This document shows positions 49,056-62,600 of a DNA stretch of 64,000 nucleotides, piece by piece; the stretch's first letter is position 1; each line of letters opens with the position of its first letter. The stretch comes from Convolutriloba macropyga (lineage: Eukaryota): assembly GCF_964194025.1 (NCBI RefSeq), contig NC_134480.1:33418001-33482000 (forward strand). The letters run 5' to 3'. Under the pieces are notes generated by a model that saw only the letters and a program-made list of their open reading frames with translations, had not been told where the DNA came from and made no database searches. The translations under genes were made by a program, and so were the position numbers.

Positions 49056-49943
49056 TGTTTGGGCCTATCTTATGTTATCAATATAATATTCAACTAAGTT
49101 TTAAGGCCGCCCTCTTCGCGTTATAAATTTCTCTCTCAATTGAGAAAGAATAGACAGGACTGTTTTATGAGACGGTTAATTTCTTGTTTTATTGTCCAAT
49201 ACAAGTTATAAAGGCATAAAATATAAAGTTAAACAAAGCGTGCGTAATATTTAAATAGATATATGTTCACTAATTATCAATGAAAGCAAAACCAAATCAT
49301 ATTTATAAATGGTACATAAACTTCACAGCTTTTATGGTAAGAATCAACAGAATCAATTTTTAGTTTAACTGCCTTTCCGTTTTCTTAATCAAATGCAATT
49401 TTTCGTACAGGAAACATAATTACTTGAATAAATTTACTACCGGCAAATAAATGAAGAAAGTGTATGTAAAGTGACCAAATATGATTGAAATAGATCAAAT
49501 AGCACTATAATAGCTGCGATTTGAGTACACAATCAATAAACAAGTACAATTAGTGTAATATGAACTAAATAACACATTTTCACATTTTCAGCTATGTGCA
49601 AATTAGGGCTAAAATATAAGGTTTTTTGGCAATAACTCATAAACTAAAAAAGATATCAATATCAAATTTTGTGAGTCGATAGACATTGTTAAGATACACA
49701 TTGTGAGTGAAAATGAAGGTTCTATTGCAAAGCGATAAAGTGCGGCTCCCTTATAAATTCTATAAGCAATCTTAATACATGGGGAAAATTTTCAAATGTA
49801 AATAGCTCTCACACTAATGATTCAAAATAGAGGAAACTTGGCAGTGACTAGCACTAGTCTACGATATAGCATATGAAAAAAAGATTAACTAAATCGGACA
49901 TTTAGTTTTTGAGATAATGAGATTTAAATGTCAGGCCGCAACA
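49056..49943 (-). repeat. BEL/Pao 5' LTR, copy 1
   Basis: Homologous to 42251-43131; followed by TSD ACGGG. Confidence 0.92.
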
Positions 49944-50203
49944 ACGGGCTTTTTAATGATACCACTCACAACTCTATACTATGAAAATATCGATCGGTTA
50001 AAATTGTCTGAACAAAAAACCCAGTTGAGTATATAGTTCCTCCTCCAACAAGAGGGGTCGGAACAACAATTTCTGACGCTTGAAAGCAAAATTTCTTAAG
50101 TTGTCTTCCTGGTTTTCGTTAGTTTCTGGAGTATCAGTGTCACTGAAAAATCCAAATGTTTTTTAAAGAAAATTGATAACGACCCATTCAACCTAAAATT
50201 TGG

Positions 50204-53200
50204 AGCATTGTTATTGCTAAATAGAGAAATGGGCCATGACACGTTTGCTCCCCCAACAAGGAAATGATTCGGTCTTATCGTGTCCAAATCTTCAACATCG
50301 CTACTAATTGCTGTCGAAGGTCGATTATTGAGTAATTGTTCTGCTATGCAAATTACTGTCGAGAGATTTTCTTCTTTCAAAGATTCTTTGCCCAAAATTT
50401 CACTCGATTTCACTAATGACTCCCAAGCGCCACCGAAATGCGGAGCTGCAGGGGGAACGAAAGTCCATTGTATTCCGTTTTGTGTTAACTTCTGCTGCAT
50501 TTTAGAATGGTTCAGTTCTTTGAAGGCCGCCTTCAATTCGTTCGCTGCGCCTACAAAGTTTGTTCCGTTGTCAGAAATTAGCGTTTTCGGTTTCCCTTTT
50601 CTCACTATGAACCGACGAACTGCGTCTAAGCAAGACTGTGTATCCAGTGATTGAACGATTCCATATGGAATGCTGTGATGTTGAGACACGTGAATAGACA
50701 AATCCATCTTTTCACTGTTCTTCGGAAGAGTTTATTTGAAAATGGTCCAAAGTAGTCTTCTCCGGTGTTTGTGAACATTATCTTCTACTCTGACTACTGG
50801 TAAATCTGACATCATTGGCATTGATGTTTTGCTTCTCTTCAATTTACAGTGTAGGCATTGGTGTTTAACCGATCTCAGTGCGTTTCTTTGACCAGTTACC
50901 CAAAGCTTTCTTTGAATTTCAGCTCTAACATGTTCAACACCTTGGTGATGGTTGTGCTTATGCTGACACTCGAGATATAATTTAACTGCTGGATGAGAGT
51001 GTGGTAAAATAACAGGATATTTTTCTCTGAAACTGACGATTGCATGTCTAAGTCGACCTTTGGCGCTTATTAGATTTTCACTCAGAAACGGATTCAGGGA
51101 TTCAATTTTACTGTTGTTTTTGACAGAGTCTCCTTTTTTCAATGACGCTATTTCCTTTGTGTAACTTTCTCCCTGGACTAACTCCTATATTCATTTCTCT
51201 GTTTGATCAAGCAACTCAGGGGTTATTTCCTTGTTCCTATTTCTCAGATTCAATATTCTCGCAAATACATTTCTCAGTCTTCTGAAGTTACTGAATCGTT
51301 TCCACTCAATTGGAGCTGAATTTTCATTCGAACTACTGGCAAAAATTTCTTCTCGATCAGGAACTACTTCTTCTTGCTCCCAATTTTCTGTTTCGTTAAT
51401 TTCGCTCGTCAACCAATCCGGTCCGTTTATCCAGTCACTTTGCATCAGTTCATTAATAGAGAGACCTCTCGTTCCCAGATCAGCTGGGTTGTCATCTCCA
51501 GCTATATGCCTCCACTGATCAACTGTTGAACTGTCTAGGACTTCTGCTACCCGGTTAGCAACAAAAGTGGGCTGTTTTTTGTCACTATTACGCAACCATT
51601 GTAATACAGTAGTTGAATCGCTCCACAAATTGATTGACGCAAACGAAATTCTACGTTCTTTCAAAATTTGATCTTCAATTCAGTTTGCCGTAACTGCTGC
51701 CATTAACTCTAATATTGTATAGTATGGTGCTTCATTGGAGCCACCCTTGTTTTTCCAACAATGAACCTTATTAGTCTATCGCCGTTTGGTTTAGTAATTA
51801 CAACGTAACTTGCTGCACAAAGAGCATCTTCCGACGCGTCTCCAAAGACGTGTAGCTCAACTCTGTCACAAGATTCCTGATTGTACCATCTTGAAACGGA
51901 TAATTGTTTTGAATTACTCCATTCTTGCACCCATTTGTTAAACTCGGTGTTTATGTTTTCGGCTATCGGCGAGTCCCACTTTTGACCTTGGGTCTGCCAG
52001 ATTCGTTTCATTAACGTCCTTCCTCGAATGACAAATGGTTCCATGAACCCCAGGGGATCAAACACTTGCGAAACCGATGACAAATTTTGTTTTTGCGTCC
52101 AATTCGTTTTCTGCAGGAACTTTTGGTCCTTTCGAACAGTTAACTGATCATCGGCTGCTATCCATTCAAGTCCCAAGACCTTAGCGTTATCTTCGCTTTC
52201 TATTGGTGTAATTTCACTGTTTTCAAATATTTCTTCGGAATTAGAAAAACATTTTGTGAGGTTGAAGCCTCTTTTTGCTAACAATGACTTCAGGACTTGA
52301 ATCACTTCAGATGCTTGTTCAATGGTGAATGGTGTAAACCGAGAGAAGCATATCGTCCGGATGAAAGTTATCCATTATCACGTGCGATGCAATAGGATGT
52401 TCCAATCCAAACAGTTTTGCACAATGCTGCAGGGCATAATTTGCACATGTTGCAGACGATTTTGCTCCAAAAATGTGCCGGTTGTACTGGTACGTTATCA
52501 GTTTACCGTCTTCATCTGCCCACAGAAACCTGAGGTAGCGACCTTGTCGTTCAAGCACTTGAATTTGCAGAAACATTTCTTCAAAACCTGCGGTTAGTGC
52601 AATACAGTTTTCTCGAAATCTGAACAAGATTCCAACTAGTTTTTGCAAAAGATCGGGACCTTTCATCAAAACGTCATTCAGGCAGTATCCTCGAAACCTT
52701 TTCGCAGCATTGCAAACTCTTCTTACTTTCCTTGTTTTCTGGGATTTACAACTGGATGATGAGGCAGATACCAAACATCCTGACGTTCACATCCTGAGTC
52801 AAACATCCTGACACACCCTTTTCAAGCAAGGAGATATAGCCTCTTGCCAAATCCTTTTTTATTGAATCGCTATACTTCACTTTTAAAGACTCGTTTTTCG
52901 CTAATCTTCGTTCGAGCGATCGTAGTTGTCCGAGGGCTGAAGAAATATTACAATCTAATTTTTGTTCTTTTCCGGTAAAAGCATTTGAACTTGGAAACGT
53001 TCTGGTAGCTTTAACGTTGTCTTCTCTAGTATTTCTAGAGACTTTTTATCTTCAAAACTTCTGCTGTTACTTGAAATGTTGTACCGTAGGATTCGATTTC
53101 CCACCACTTTCTCACAATTTCTGTTAGCTCTTGATTCTCTTGGCTATCGCTGCTTAGGAAACTGCTCTCTGTCTTTTCGCTATTTGGCATTAGACCACTT

Positions 53201-55685
53201 AGCGTCCAGCCTAATGGAACTTTTACTGCCCATGGAGAAATTTTTTCACAATATTTGTACTCTAATTGTCTTATTAGGGAGTAAGCGTCTTGACCAAGAA
53301 TCACTTTTACGTCTTTCAAGTCAGTTTTCTTCAGTCTTATGCACGATAAATGAGGGTAACCTTTACTTAGCTCGGTTACATTGTAAACCGAGGTTCCAAC
53401 TACAAGATCTTTATAACTACTGGCTTTGATTTTTACCGTGTCGCTAATTTCATCGGCCGGCCCAATCTTGACCGGTACTTTCAAACAGTCGATTGTGTTC
53501 GTTCTGTGAATCCCTGTTACTGACATCGAAGTACTTCTTCCTTCAAGCCTAGTGATTGTATCAATTCTTCGTCTATCCATGTTTGAGAGGAGGCGGAGTC
53601 GCAAACAGCTTTAGTTTCGACAAAACTTCCATCTTCAGCGTAGATGCGCAACGGTGCAACTTTGAGGAGACCTTTGACTGACCAAGCTGTCTCATTTGCT
53701 AGGTTGGTTTCGCTTGTTTGATTTGGTGACTGGATTAGCTCGTGTCTCACAGTTGGTTTGTTGTGTAACATGCGATTGTGATTTCTTTCACAGCTGTCAA
53801 TTCCGCAATTTGAGCTTCGATTTGCAATCTCTGGCGCGATGCTTTCCCGTCAAGCATTTGAAACAGAGGTTAGCTTGTTTCATTGCTTCTGACCGTTCTG
53901 TGACAGAGAGTTTTTTGAATTTATCACATTTCCAAAGTGGATGATCTCCGTCATCGAGAGGGCATTTCTTAAATCATATCTCTCTATCGTTAGAAAAAGT
54001 GGCGTTTTTTGTTTGATCTCTACTTGATCTGAGGCTATTTTGTTTTCCTGTATAAGAACTCTCTGGAAAGTGCTTTTTTGCTGCAGTTTTCATTCGCTCT
54101 TGAACTAAAGATTCTTCTTGTAGCCATTCGTTCAATTCAATCAGATTTGGCAGCTTCGACCTATGCGACGCGGTTTCAATATGTGCAAACCATCTGCGTT
54201 TTATGTCTGCCGGTAGTTTATTAACTATCATGTCTAGATTACTTGATGAAAACAAGTTGTTGCTGTAACCGAATTGTTGCAGAACATTTACAAAGTTTCC
54301 CACTGTGTCAACAAAAATAACAAAACTCGCACTATCGTATGGCCGTAATTGTGAATGATTCTGAATTTTAGTTAACTGCGATCCTATTATCAAGTGCGGC
54401 TGACCCAATTTGCGCTCAAGCGTTTTCCAAGCCGTGTTGTACATAACGCCCGAATAACCCATACCAGCCAGCGCTCTTTTTGCCGGTCCAGTTAGCAACG
54501 TTTTTAAATGTGTCATTTTTTTGTCGTCTGATCTAGTACTACGATCGACTGTCGACAGAAACATGCAGCTCCATTCTGGCCAATCAAAGGGTTCGCCATT
54601 ATATTCTCTTAACTTAAATTTTGGTAAAGTTCGATTAACTGCGGAACTTACTGGGTACATATCATACTGATTAAAACCGTGTTTCGGACTTGATTGCGAA
54701 GTATCAGAAATCTCAAACTTACTATGATGCCCTTGGTTTGAGCTCACCGTTTCTAGAAGGTGTCTGACTAGAGCACTGCCAAACACACCATCTTTCTAAG
54801 AGTTGCGTTGTGACATCAGTGACCCCAGCTAGCTGTTACTGTATTTCCGCTGAGATGAGGCTGCAACAAATTTTGTTGATTGTCACCCTGTGCTTGAATA
54901 AGTTTTCTGTTTTCGCCCAAATAGTCTTCTTCATCACTGCAGCTGATATTGCCCAAGAACTCTCAACTGTCTGGTTCTATTGGAATTTCTGAATTTTTAG
55001 TATGAAATTCGTCTTCCTCGTCGGCGTTGATTTCGAGTTTCAACATTTCGAGTGTCTTCTGCTCCTCGAGTTGTCTCAATTGCTCGTCAGTCTCTCGAGC
55101 TCGTCTTTTCTGTTCAATTTTCAACTTCTGCATCTAATATTCAAGCCTCAGTTGCACTTGGCGTTTTCTTTCAACTCGCGCTTCTTCCTTTTGTTTCAAT
55201 TCTTCTTCCGTTGAAACATCGGGCAAAACATTTTTCGATTTTGGCTGATCGGTTTGTGTCTCAGTTTCGCTTGTGTTCTGAGGTGGCCCAATATTTTGTC
55301 CTGTTTCTTCCTCGGCCCCATTTACCGATGACACGAGTGAAGGTGTTTGTTCTCTGACAAAACTCACTGACTTTGCCGTCTCCAATGACTTCTTCTTCTG
55401 GTCCCACAATGCCAGAAGTTCTTTTCTTTTCAAAGACAAGTTTCTTTGTTTCTCTTGCAGATCTGCTTTGTGCTTTGATGAGACCCGTGTGCTGTAATGT
55501 CTCATCTCTTCAACTATTTTCTCGTCCAGGGCAAGATATTTATCAAGATTGGTTTTGATGCTCGCTGCTCTACTTAATTTAGAGCCAAATTGTCTTGTGA
55601 GTTCTGCTCTTCTCATTTGAAGAGCATTAAGGTTTTTCTGTATTCCCTCGCCAATTTGGTAATGATATTCCACATCTTCCACCAT
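50204..55685 (-). pseudogene. BEL/Pao gag-pol, copy 2 (fragmented, integrase C-terminus lost)
   Basis: Same ORF fragments as copy 1, with shared and private lesions. Confidence 0.93.
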
Positions 55686-55787
55686 TTCGAAATCAGTTGA
55701 CTGATGAGATATACCACCACTGCGGGCTCCAGAGGGACTTTGTTGCTTTCTTCTAATTTTCGAGGTTGTCCGGGTCGGCGGACCAAA

Positions 55788-56675
55788 TGTTTGGGCCTAT
55801 CTTATGTTATCAATATAATATTCAACTAAGTTTTAAGGCCGCCCTCTTCGCGTTATAAATTTCTCTCTCAATTGAGAAAGAATAGACAGGACTGTTTTAT
55901 GAGACGGTTAATTTCTTGTCTTATTGTCCAATACAAGTTATAAAGGCATAAAATATAAAGTTAAACAAAGCGTGCGTAATATTTAAATAGATATATGTTC
56001 ACTAATTATCAATGAAAGCAAAACCAAATCATATTTATAAATGGTACATAAACTTCACAGCTTTTATGGTAAGAATCAACAGAATCAATTTTTAGGTTAA
56101 CTGCCTTTCCGTTTTCTTAATCAAATGCAATTTTTCGTACAGGAAACATAAATACTTGAACAAATTTACTACCGGCAAATAAATGAAGAAAGTGTATGTA
56201 AAATGACCAAATATGATTGAAATAGATCAAATAGCGCTATAATAGCTGCGATTTGAGTACACAATCAATAAACAAGTACAATTAGGGTTATATGAACTAA
56301 ATAACAGATTTTCACATTTTCAGCTATGTGCAAATTAGGGCTAAAATATAAGGTTTTTTGGCAATAACTCATAAACTAAAAAAGATATCAATATCAAATT
56401 TTGTGAGTCGATAGACATTGTTAAGATACACATTGTGAGTGAAAATGAAGGTTCTATTGCAAAGCGATAAAGTGCGGCTCCCTTATAAATTCTATAAGCA
56501 ATCTTAATACATGGGGAAAATTTTCAAATGTAAATAGCTCTCACACTAATGATTCAAAATTGAGGAAACTTGGCAGTGACTAGCACTAGTCTACGATATA
56601 GCATATGAAAAAAGAATGAACTAAATCGGTCATTTAGTTTTTGAGATAATGAGATTTAAATGTCAGGCCGCAACA
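55788..56675 (-). repeat. BEL/Pao 5' LTR, copy 2
   Basis: Near-identical to 49056-49943 and followed by the same ACGGG and host flank. Confidence 0.92.
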
Positions 56676-59600
56676 ACGGGCTTTTTAATGATACCGCTCA
56701 CAACTCTATACTATGAAAATATCGATCGGTTAAAATTGTCTGAACAAAAAACCCGGTTGAGTATATAGTTCCTCCTCCAACAAGAGGGGTCGGAACAACA
56801 ATTTCTGACGCTTGAAAGCAAAATTTCTGAAGTTGTCTTCCTGGTTTTCGTTAGTTTCTGGAATATCAGTGTCACTGAAAAATCCAAATGTTTTTTAAAG
56901 AAAATTGATAACGACCCATTGAACCTAAAATTTGGACTTGCTTTCATGGCGTAAGAGTCACCACTCAATTTGCACCACATCACATATGGCCCATTAAAAT
57001 TCACATGTGTTAAATGTAAACCTAAAATTATGAGAACAAAGTCCGCAAAACCCACCCTTAAAAGTCGAAATTAAGACATCTGCGGTGGCTTCGCTTGGCG
57101 ATCAAAGAATATTCGGAGAGAGTAGCAGAATAATTGCCCTCCGGAGAAAAATGATATCTTCGCATTTCCTTCAGACGTGAATACAAAACTATCAAAATTG
57201 CCCAGGGCAAAAGCCATTTCTGTGGACAATTTTAACAGTAAGACATCTCGCGTTGCTTTTATTCGATTCTTTTGTTACGCTCTGCTAATGCAGATTTTTC
57301 GGTCTGGTGTGATTTTATTTGACCATAACCGGCAATTAGAATTGATTTATGCGAATATTTCATAGTTTAAAAAGTACTCCACAAAATATACTTTATTACA
57401 TCATAAACCAAATTGTGGTTACGCCTCATTCTATTTAAACGTTCTGTTTAATTTTCCAACCTTGAGGTAATTATTTTGAACTATTGTGCCCAGTTCTGCC
57501 CAGATTTTCTTTTAAACAGTTTACATTAAAATATGAAGATCAAGTTTAAATTCAAGGTCACCCTCAACACTATACTAAAAATATTTGAAACAAAAATGCC
57601 ATTTTAGGTGTCCCGCCTCTTCACACTTATTAATTTCACCCCTATCACCCCGGTTATTTTTCCGTACGCAATTGGTAGTAGTATCAACAATCAAAATGAG
57701 AGATATGTAGTGTAATTCGGGCACTGAGTTTTGGCATTGATACCAAAAATTAGGAATGCGTACTGAATGGGGAAAGTGTTTTGTGGTAAAATGTTTGCCA
57801 GATAGGAACTAAGAGCCATGCGGGTTAATAACTGAAAAAAGGGGCTGAATTGCAACACCTATAATTGACTTATAAAACTTGGCAAAACTGTTGTAGTAAT
57901 TTAACTTTAGTTTACAAACATTCTAGAGATATACAAACATTAAAGAAATTTTTAAATATTTTGATCGAATACGCCCCAACGTTGGTGGAATTCTCTCTTG
58001 CAAAAGAAAAAGCTTCAATGAATTGCTTCAAAACTTTATGAGAAAAGTAATGCAAAAAAGAAGTATGAGTACACATTGGGTGGTTGCTCCAGAGCAAAAA
58101 GAAATCTGTTAAATCTGTTTCTTGCCTTCTCTTTATCTTTTTCTTTTCATTATACTAAAAATGAATAAAGCAAACACTATGCCTAAACTTCATAGAAAAC
58201 GAAGGTAATATTGTACAGGTTTAGTTTTTTTTAAATGGAAATAAAAAGTTCTTTTAATTTTTCGTTATTGCATTCTACCTTTTTGGTTGCATTTCCGAAG
58301 GTTTTGATAAAAAACAAGATTTTAAAATTTAGCGCTGAAAAAATTTTGAAGATAACATGAATTCTAATATAATTCTTTTCTTTTTTGTGCTAACTTGTAG
58401 GTCTTATAGTCTCACAAAAAATAGCAGTGGTTGTATGGTCCAATATTACATTTTTATTGTTTTGAAAGGGTAGGCATGGCTCGAACTTGAGCCTCAGTGC
58501 ATTTCAGCGCTGAACTAGTAGATTTCAAAAGCGAAAACAAAATCCAATTCCGAAGCATTGTATCTCCAGAATACTTTCGCTTTCTTCGAGTGCAATTTTT
58601 CTTCATTATGATTACATTGAGATCATTGAGCTTTGTGGTTACGATTGCTATCCAAACTAAATGTGGCAAGTGCACACGCTGAAGTCCGGATAGCACATAA
58701 AGCAAACCTCGTTGGCGGAGTTAATCTGAACATACTATTTTCACGCAGTAAACTTTACACCAAAATCAAGACTGGTCCTTGTAGATTGTGACATGATCAG
58801 AGTACTGACCATCAAAAAAATATCTGTAGGCTGATTTAGCGCTGATTTGTTCTTTCTCCAACCTCCGGAATTGTTAGTTCTTTTTGATTTTGCACAAAAG
58901 CACATCCAGTTTTTTTTGATGATTTAAAAATTTTTGTGTTTGCCAGTTTTTTTATCAATAAATTTCAATTAAAAACTTGATTTCTGACATATGGTGCTGA
59001 CCTTAAGTACTTTAAATTTCAGCGCTGACTGAAAATTCCTGAAATTTTTTTGTGACAAAGTAAATTGGGGAGCACTTCACAATTGATAGGACGCTGAGAG
59101 GTCATGAAATATAATTTTCCCATCTCAGGTTTTTTGAAGCTTCAAGTTTGCCGTTATTGTTCCGACTCACTTAAGTACGGGGTGGAACTATTTACTCAAA
59201 TGGGTTTTTGTACATTCATTTCTGGCCAATCGATATGTTAATCGTAGAGAATCATCATTGGTATCACTAGAAAGCCCGTCCAGCGTAAAATATGGAATTA
59301 GAAAGATTTTTTGGAGTGTTTTCCAGTGAGTTGACGATGTTAATTTTTTGTGAATAAAAGACGGATATCCATTGCTTTTATTCACGTTTTCCAAAGCCTT
59401 CGTCTAAATTATATTCAGTTTTGCTGAATTATGTTAAAATTGTTTAAAATTGTTGTTGGTTTGGTTTCTAAAGATAAAAATGTGTTGATGAAACTATTCA
59501 TCTACTTTTTGGCTCAAATTTGTGCTGCATATTTAAAAAAATCAGCGGTTTCATCAAAAATTTTATGAAAATAAGCTTTTTTAGTAAATTGATTACACTT

Positions 59601-62600
59601 GCCAGTATTTTCCTGAACGGCAATGAAAAGTTGACATAAAATGCTTTAGCTCACGAGGGAAGAAATTTTCTACTCCACTTTCTTTAAAAGGTTTCTGGGT
59701 TTGAAATGTTGCCGGTTTTTAGCTAAAATAACCCGATAAATATATGAACTGAATTTTCAAACATTTTTTGCTGATAACTGAACATTTCTGCCAAAAAATT
59801 CATTATGATTTCACTGGGAACCATTGCATGATCTTAATGAACAAGCAGTAACAGTTGGGTTGGTTTTGATCAAATCATTGAATCCTAAAATTCAAAAAAA
59901 TTCCTGATTTTTAACAAAGGCTACTTTTTTTCAAACTGTTGCGCTTTTTTTCTTAGTTACAGAACAGAACAATTGATTTCAGGGCTCACTATCGATGGGT
60001 TGAGCTGGCTTCATTAACAGTTGCCAGGTAATGTAAAAGTTTTTGTCATTTCGACTTTTGAAATCATTTTTTTTCATTATGAACAATGGATTGTAGAGCT
60101 TTGCCACTTTTCTTTCATTATTCTGGTCAATTTATAGATAAGTTTCATCGCTGAAAAAAGCATATTCCATTAAATTTATTTTGTTCCCTAATGCGGCGTT
60201 GTGTTTCAAGAAAAAATCTTTTCTGGCTTTGATACTACTAATATCAAAAAGAAATTTTGAATTTTGTAAATTTTTACGTCAGCTTTTCTGGTCCTGTCAT
60301 ATTTTTAAGTTTTTGAGAAATAGTTTATCACTTAATTGTTGATAAAAAATTTAGGCACAATTTAACACATAGTTTTTTGATGAAATGATTATAGTTTTAA
60401 CGGCTTCGAAACCATTTTCTAGAAGAATTTGATGCAATATTTTTCACTTTATTTTTAATAGCCTTTTTCTTGTAGCGATGTGAGAGTTTCTGAGTTATAA
60501 AAGGTTTCAATAGCTTGTTATTAAAGAACACGTGCGCCTATTTACTATCTTTACTTGTCAGCTGATTGTTTTTTACGCCTTTAAAGATAATTTTCAAGAG
60601 TTGTAAATAAATTTTATAATTTTTTTCATTTTTTATTCTTTTGTTTGTATGTCTATTTGTCTAATTGTCTTTTACTCAAGTCTTATGTCATTTTTAGTGT
60701 CAAAATGAAACGCATTTGGAGATATCTATTTTTTTACTGAAATTATTATAGTTTCAATAGATTCGACTATGGGTTTTCGCAAACAAAAATTTTTTTTTGT
60801 CTTTATCGGAAGTTCTTTTTTTAAATGTATGGTAAATTATTCTTAATGGCTGGTCTCAGTTGCTTTCTTTGGGGAATAAACAAACGTATTTATTTTTTCA
60901 ATATACAGCTGATAAATTTTCAAGACTCTGAGATTGATTGTTTTTGAAAAAAATATATTTTCTGCTTTGCGCCAGTCAGATATCAACTTTTTCGCGTCGG
61001 ATAAAAGTGCCTTTGGATAAATGTTTTAACATTGGTTTTATGGTTTTAAAAACTTCGACTGCTGTTTTCTGTCAGTTTTTTTGTTGAAATTCTTTTTGAA
61101 AACGTCAGACATATTTTGAATGCTCACAGTTTTGGCCTTTTTTCACTGCAGGAATGAAGGAACCTAGTTTTTAACTAGTTTTTTCTATTGAGTTTAAAAA
61201 ATTTCGTTTTAAAGAATTTTAAGTAATTCTTGACTTTGCACCTTCTGTTCTTTTTTTCTATTTTCGTTAATTACCTGTTCTCGTTAGTTACAGGTCACAT
61301 ATCACAAAATTGGCGTCATGCAAATTTGCAGTTAAGCATATCGAATGTTTAGAGCGATTATGATTATAACGGGTATGACAACGGCTTTTCAATTTTTTTT
61401 GTATTTGTTTTTGCTTTGTAGTCGAATGAGCGAAATTCTAATGACAGGTCCCAATGTCTTATCTGATGAAGTTATAGGATATCGTTTTACAGTCAAATTT
61501 AATTATTTTTTTTCATATCTAATGGTTTTCATTATTGTGGAGCGTTTTTTTTAGGTTAGCCGCTTTTGTCGTTTTTTTCTCTTTTTGTTACCGAGTCTCA
61601 ATAAGGACTGGTTTCACGTCGTTTCTAGTTATCAACAATGTTCAATTAATTGTTTTTTTAGTTTAGCTTTTATCTGCCGCTATTGAAACTTTGTTTTTAA
61701 GTTTTTCTACAAATAGACACCGGGTTTTGGATGTCATTAATGTTTGTTGTTGTTGTTTAATTTTGTCGTATGTCTTGTCTTGTATTCTTAAAAATGGCAA
61801 ATCTCCACGGCCCTCTAAAGCGTTGTTTTCGAAATTCCACTTAATGAGTTGAGTCGGACGCAAATTTTTTTTCATACACCAGTTAATTTCGCAAAAAACT
61901 TGAATTTTTGAAAGTTTTCTATCCCCTCCCATTTGATAGACAATTAAGCCAAAAAAGAGGATGATGTCGTAACATTATGTGCAAACGCACATTACTGAGC
62001 CTGCTTGTTTTTCTTATATCGCCGTCGGTCACTTGAAATAAGATCAGATAAATGTTACAAAATAGGGTTTGAAGCCTTCAATATGTTATTTCAATGGGTT
62101 GGAAGCAGTAGCTCAACGAATTTTTTCTACGAAATATTTCATCGCTTTTTGAAACTTCAGTTTAACATCAATCTTTTGTAATCTGATTAACTCGCTTTTT
62201 GTTGCGTACAACGAGCGCCAAAGCTATCGTCTACAATAATGAACAGAGTTTGTTTAAAGGTGGTCAAAAATTGCCTCACAATTCGTCGAATTGCTCTAGC
62301 GAAAATTGAATGCTACCATATTTGGGGGTCTTAACATTGCCACCCATTTAAGAGTTAACATAGCACGCATGAACTATACAAAATTTTATCTGTGCTGACA
62401 ACTACTGACATCCTGACCCAGAAAACTGTCCCAAAGTCCGTTAACATGTAAACAGTTCTGCTAAATTCTAACTAACAATGGTTGAAGTTATTGTTGACCA
62501 GTTGATTTTAAAATCCTAATCTCGTGAACTGATTTTTTTGAGAAAAAACTGGTACACTTGTTACATCGTGACAAGCACTTGAACAAGTTGATAGATCTTG

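Larger units (their letters stand above)
42251..49943 (-). mobile_element. Full-length decayed BEL/Pao LTR retrotransposon (~7.7 kb)
   Basis: Two TG...CA LTRs, 5-bp TSD ACGGG (42246-50 and 49944-48), PBS, and gag-PR-RT-RH-IN order with BEL motifs. Confidence 0.95.
50204..56936. repeat. ~6.7-kb tandem duplicate of 43478-50204 (3'-truncated BEL body + 5' LTR + ~260 bp host flank)
   Basis: Near-identical sequence throughout; junction ...AAAATTTGG-A-GCATTGTTATTG at 50204. Confidence 0.92.

Noticed and set aside
50096-50203. Novel C-terminus of the copy-2 integrase ORF, and ORF 56711-57055
   Set aside because: Chance read-through across the duplication junction into host flank; the upstream pol is already broken.
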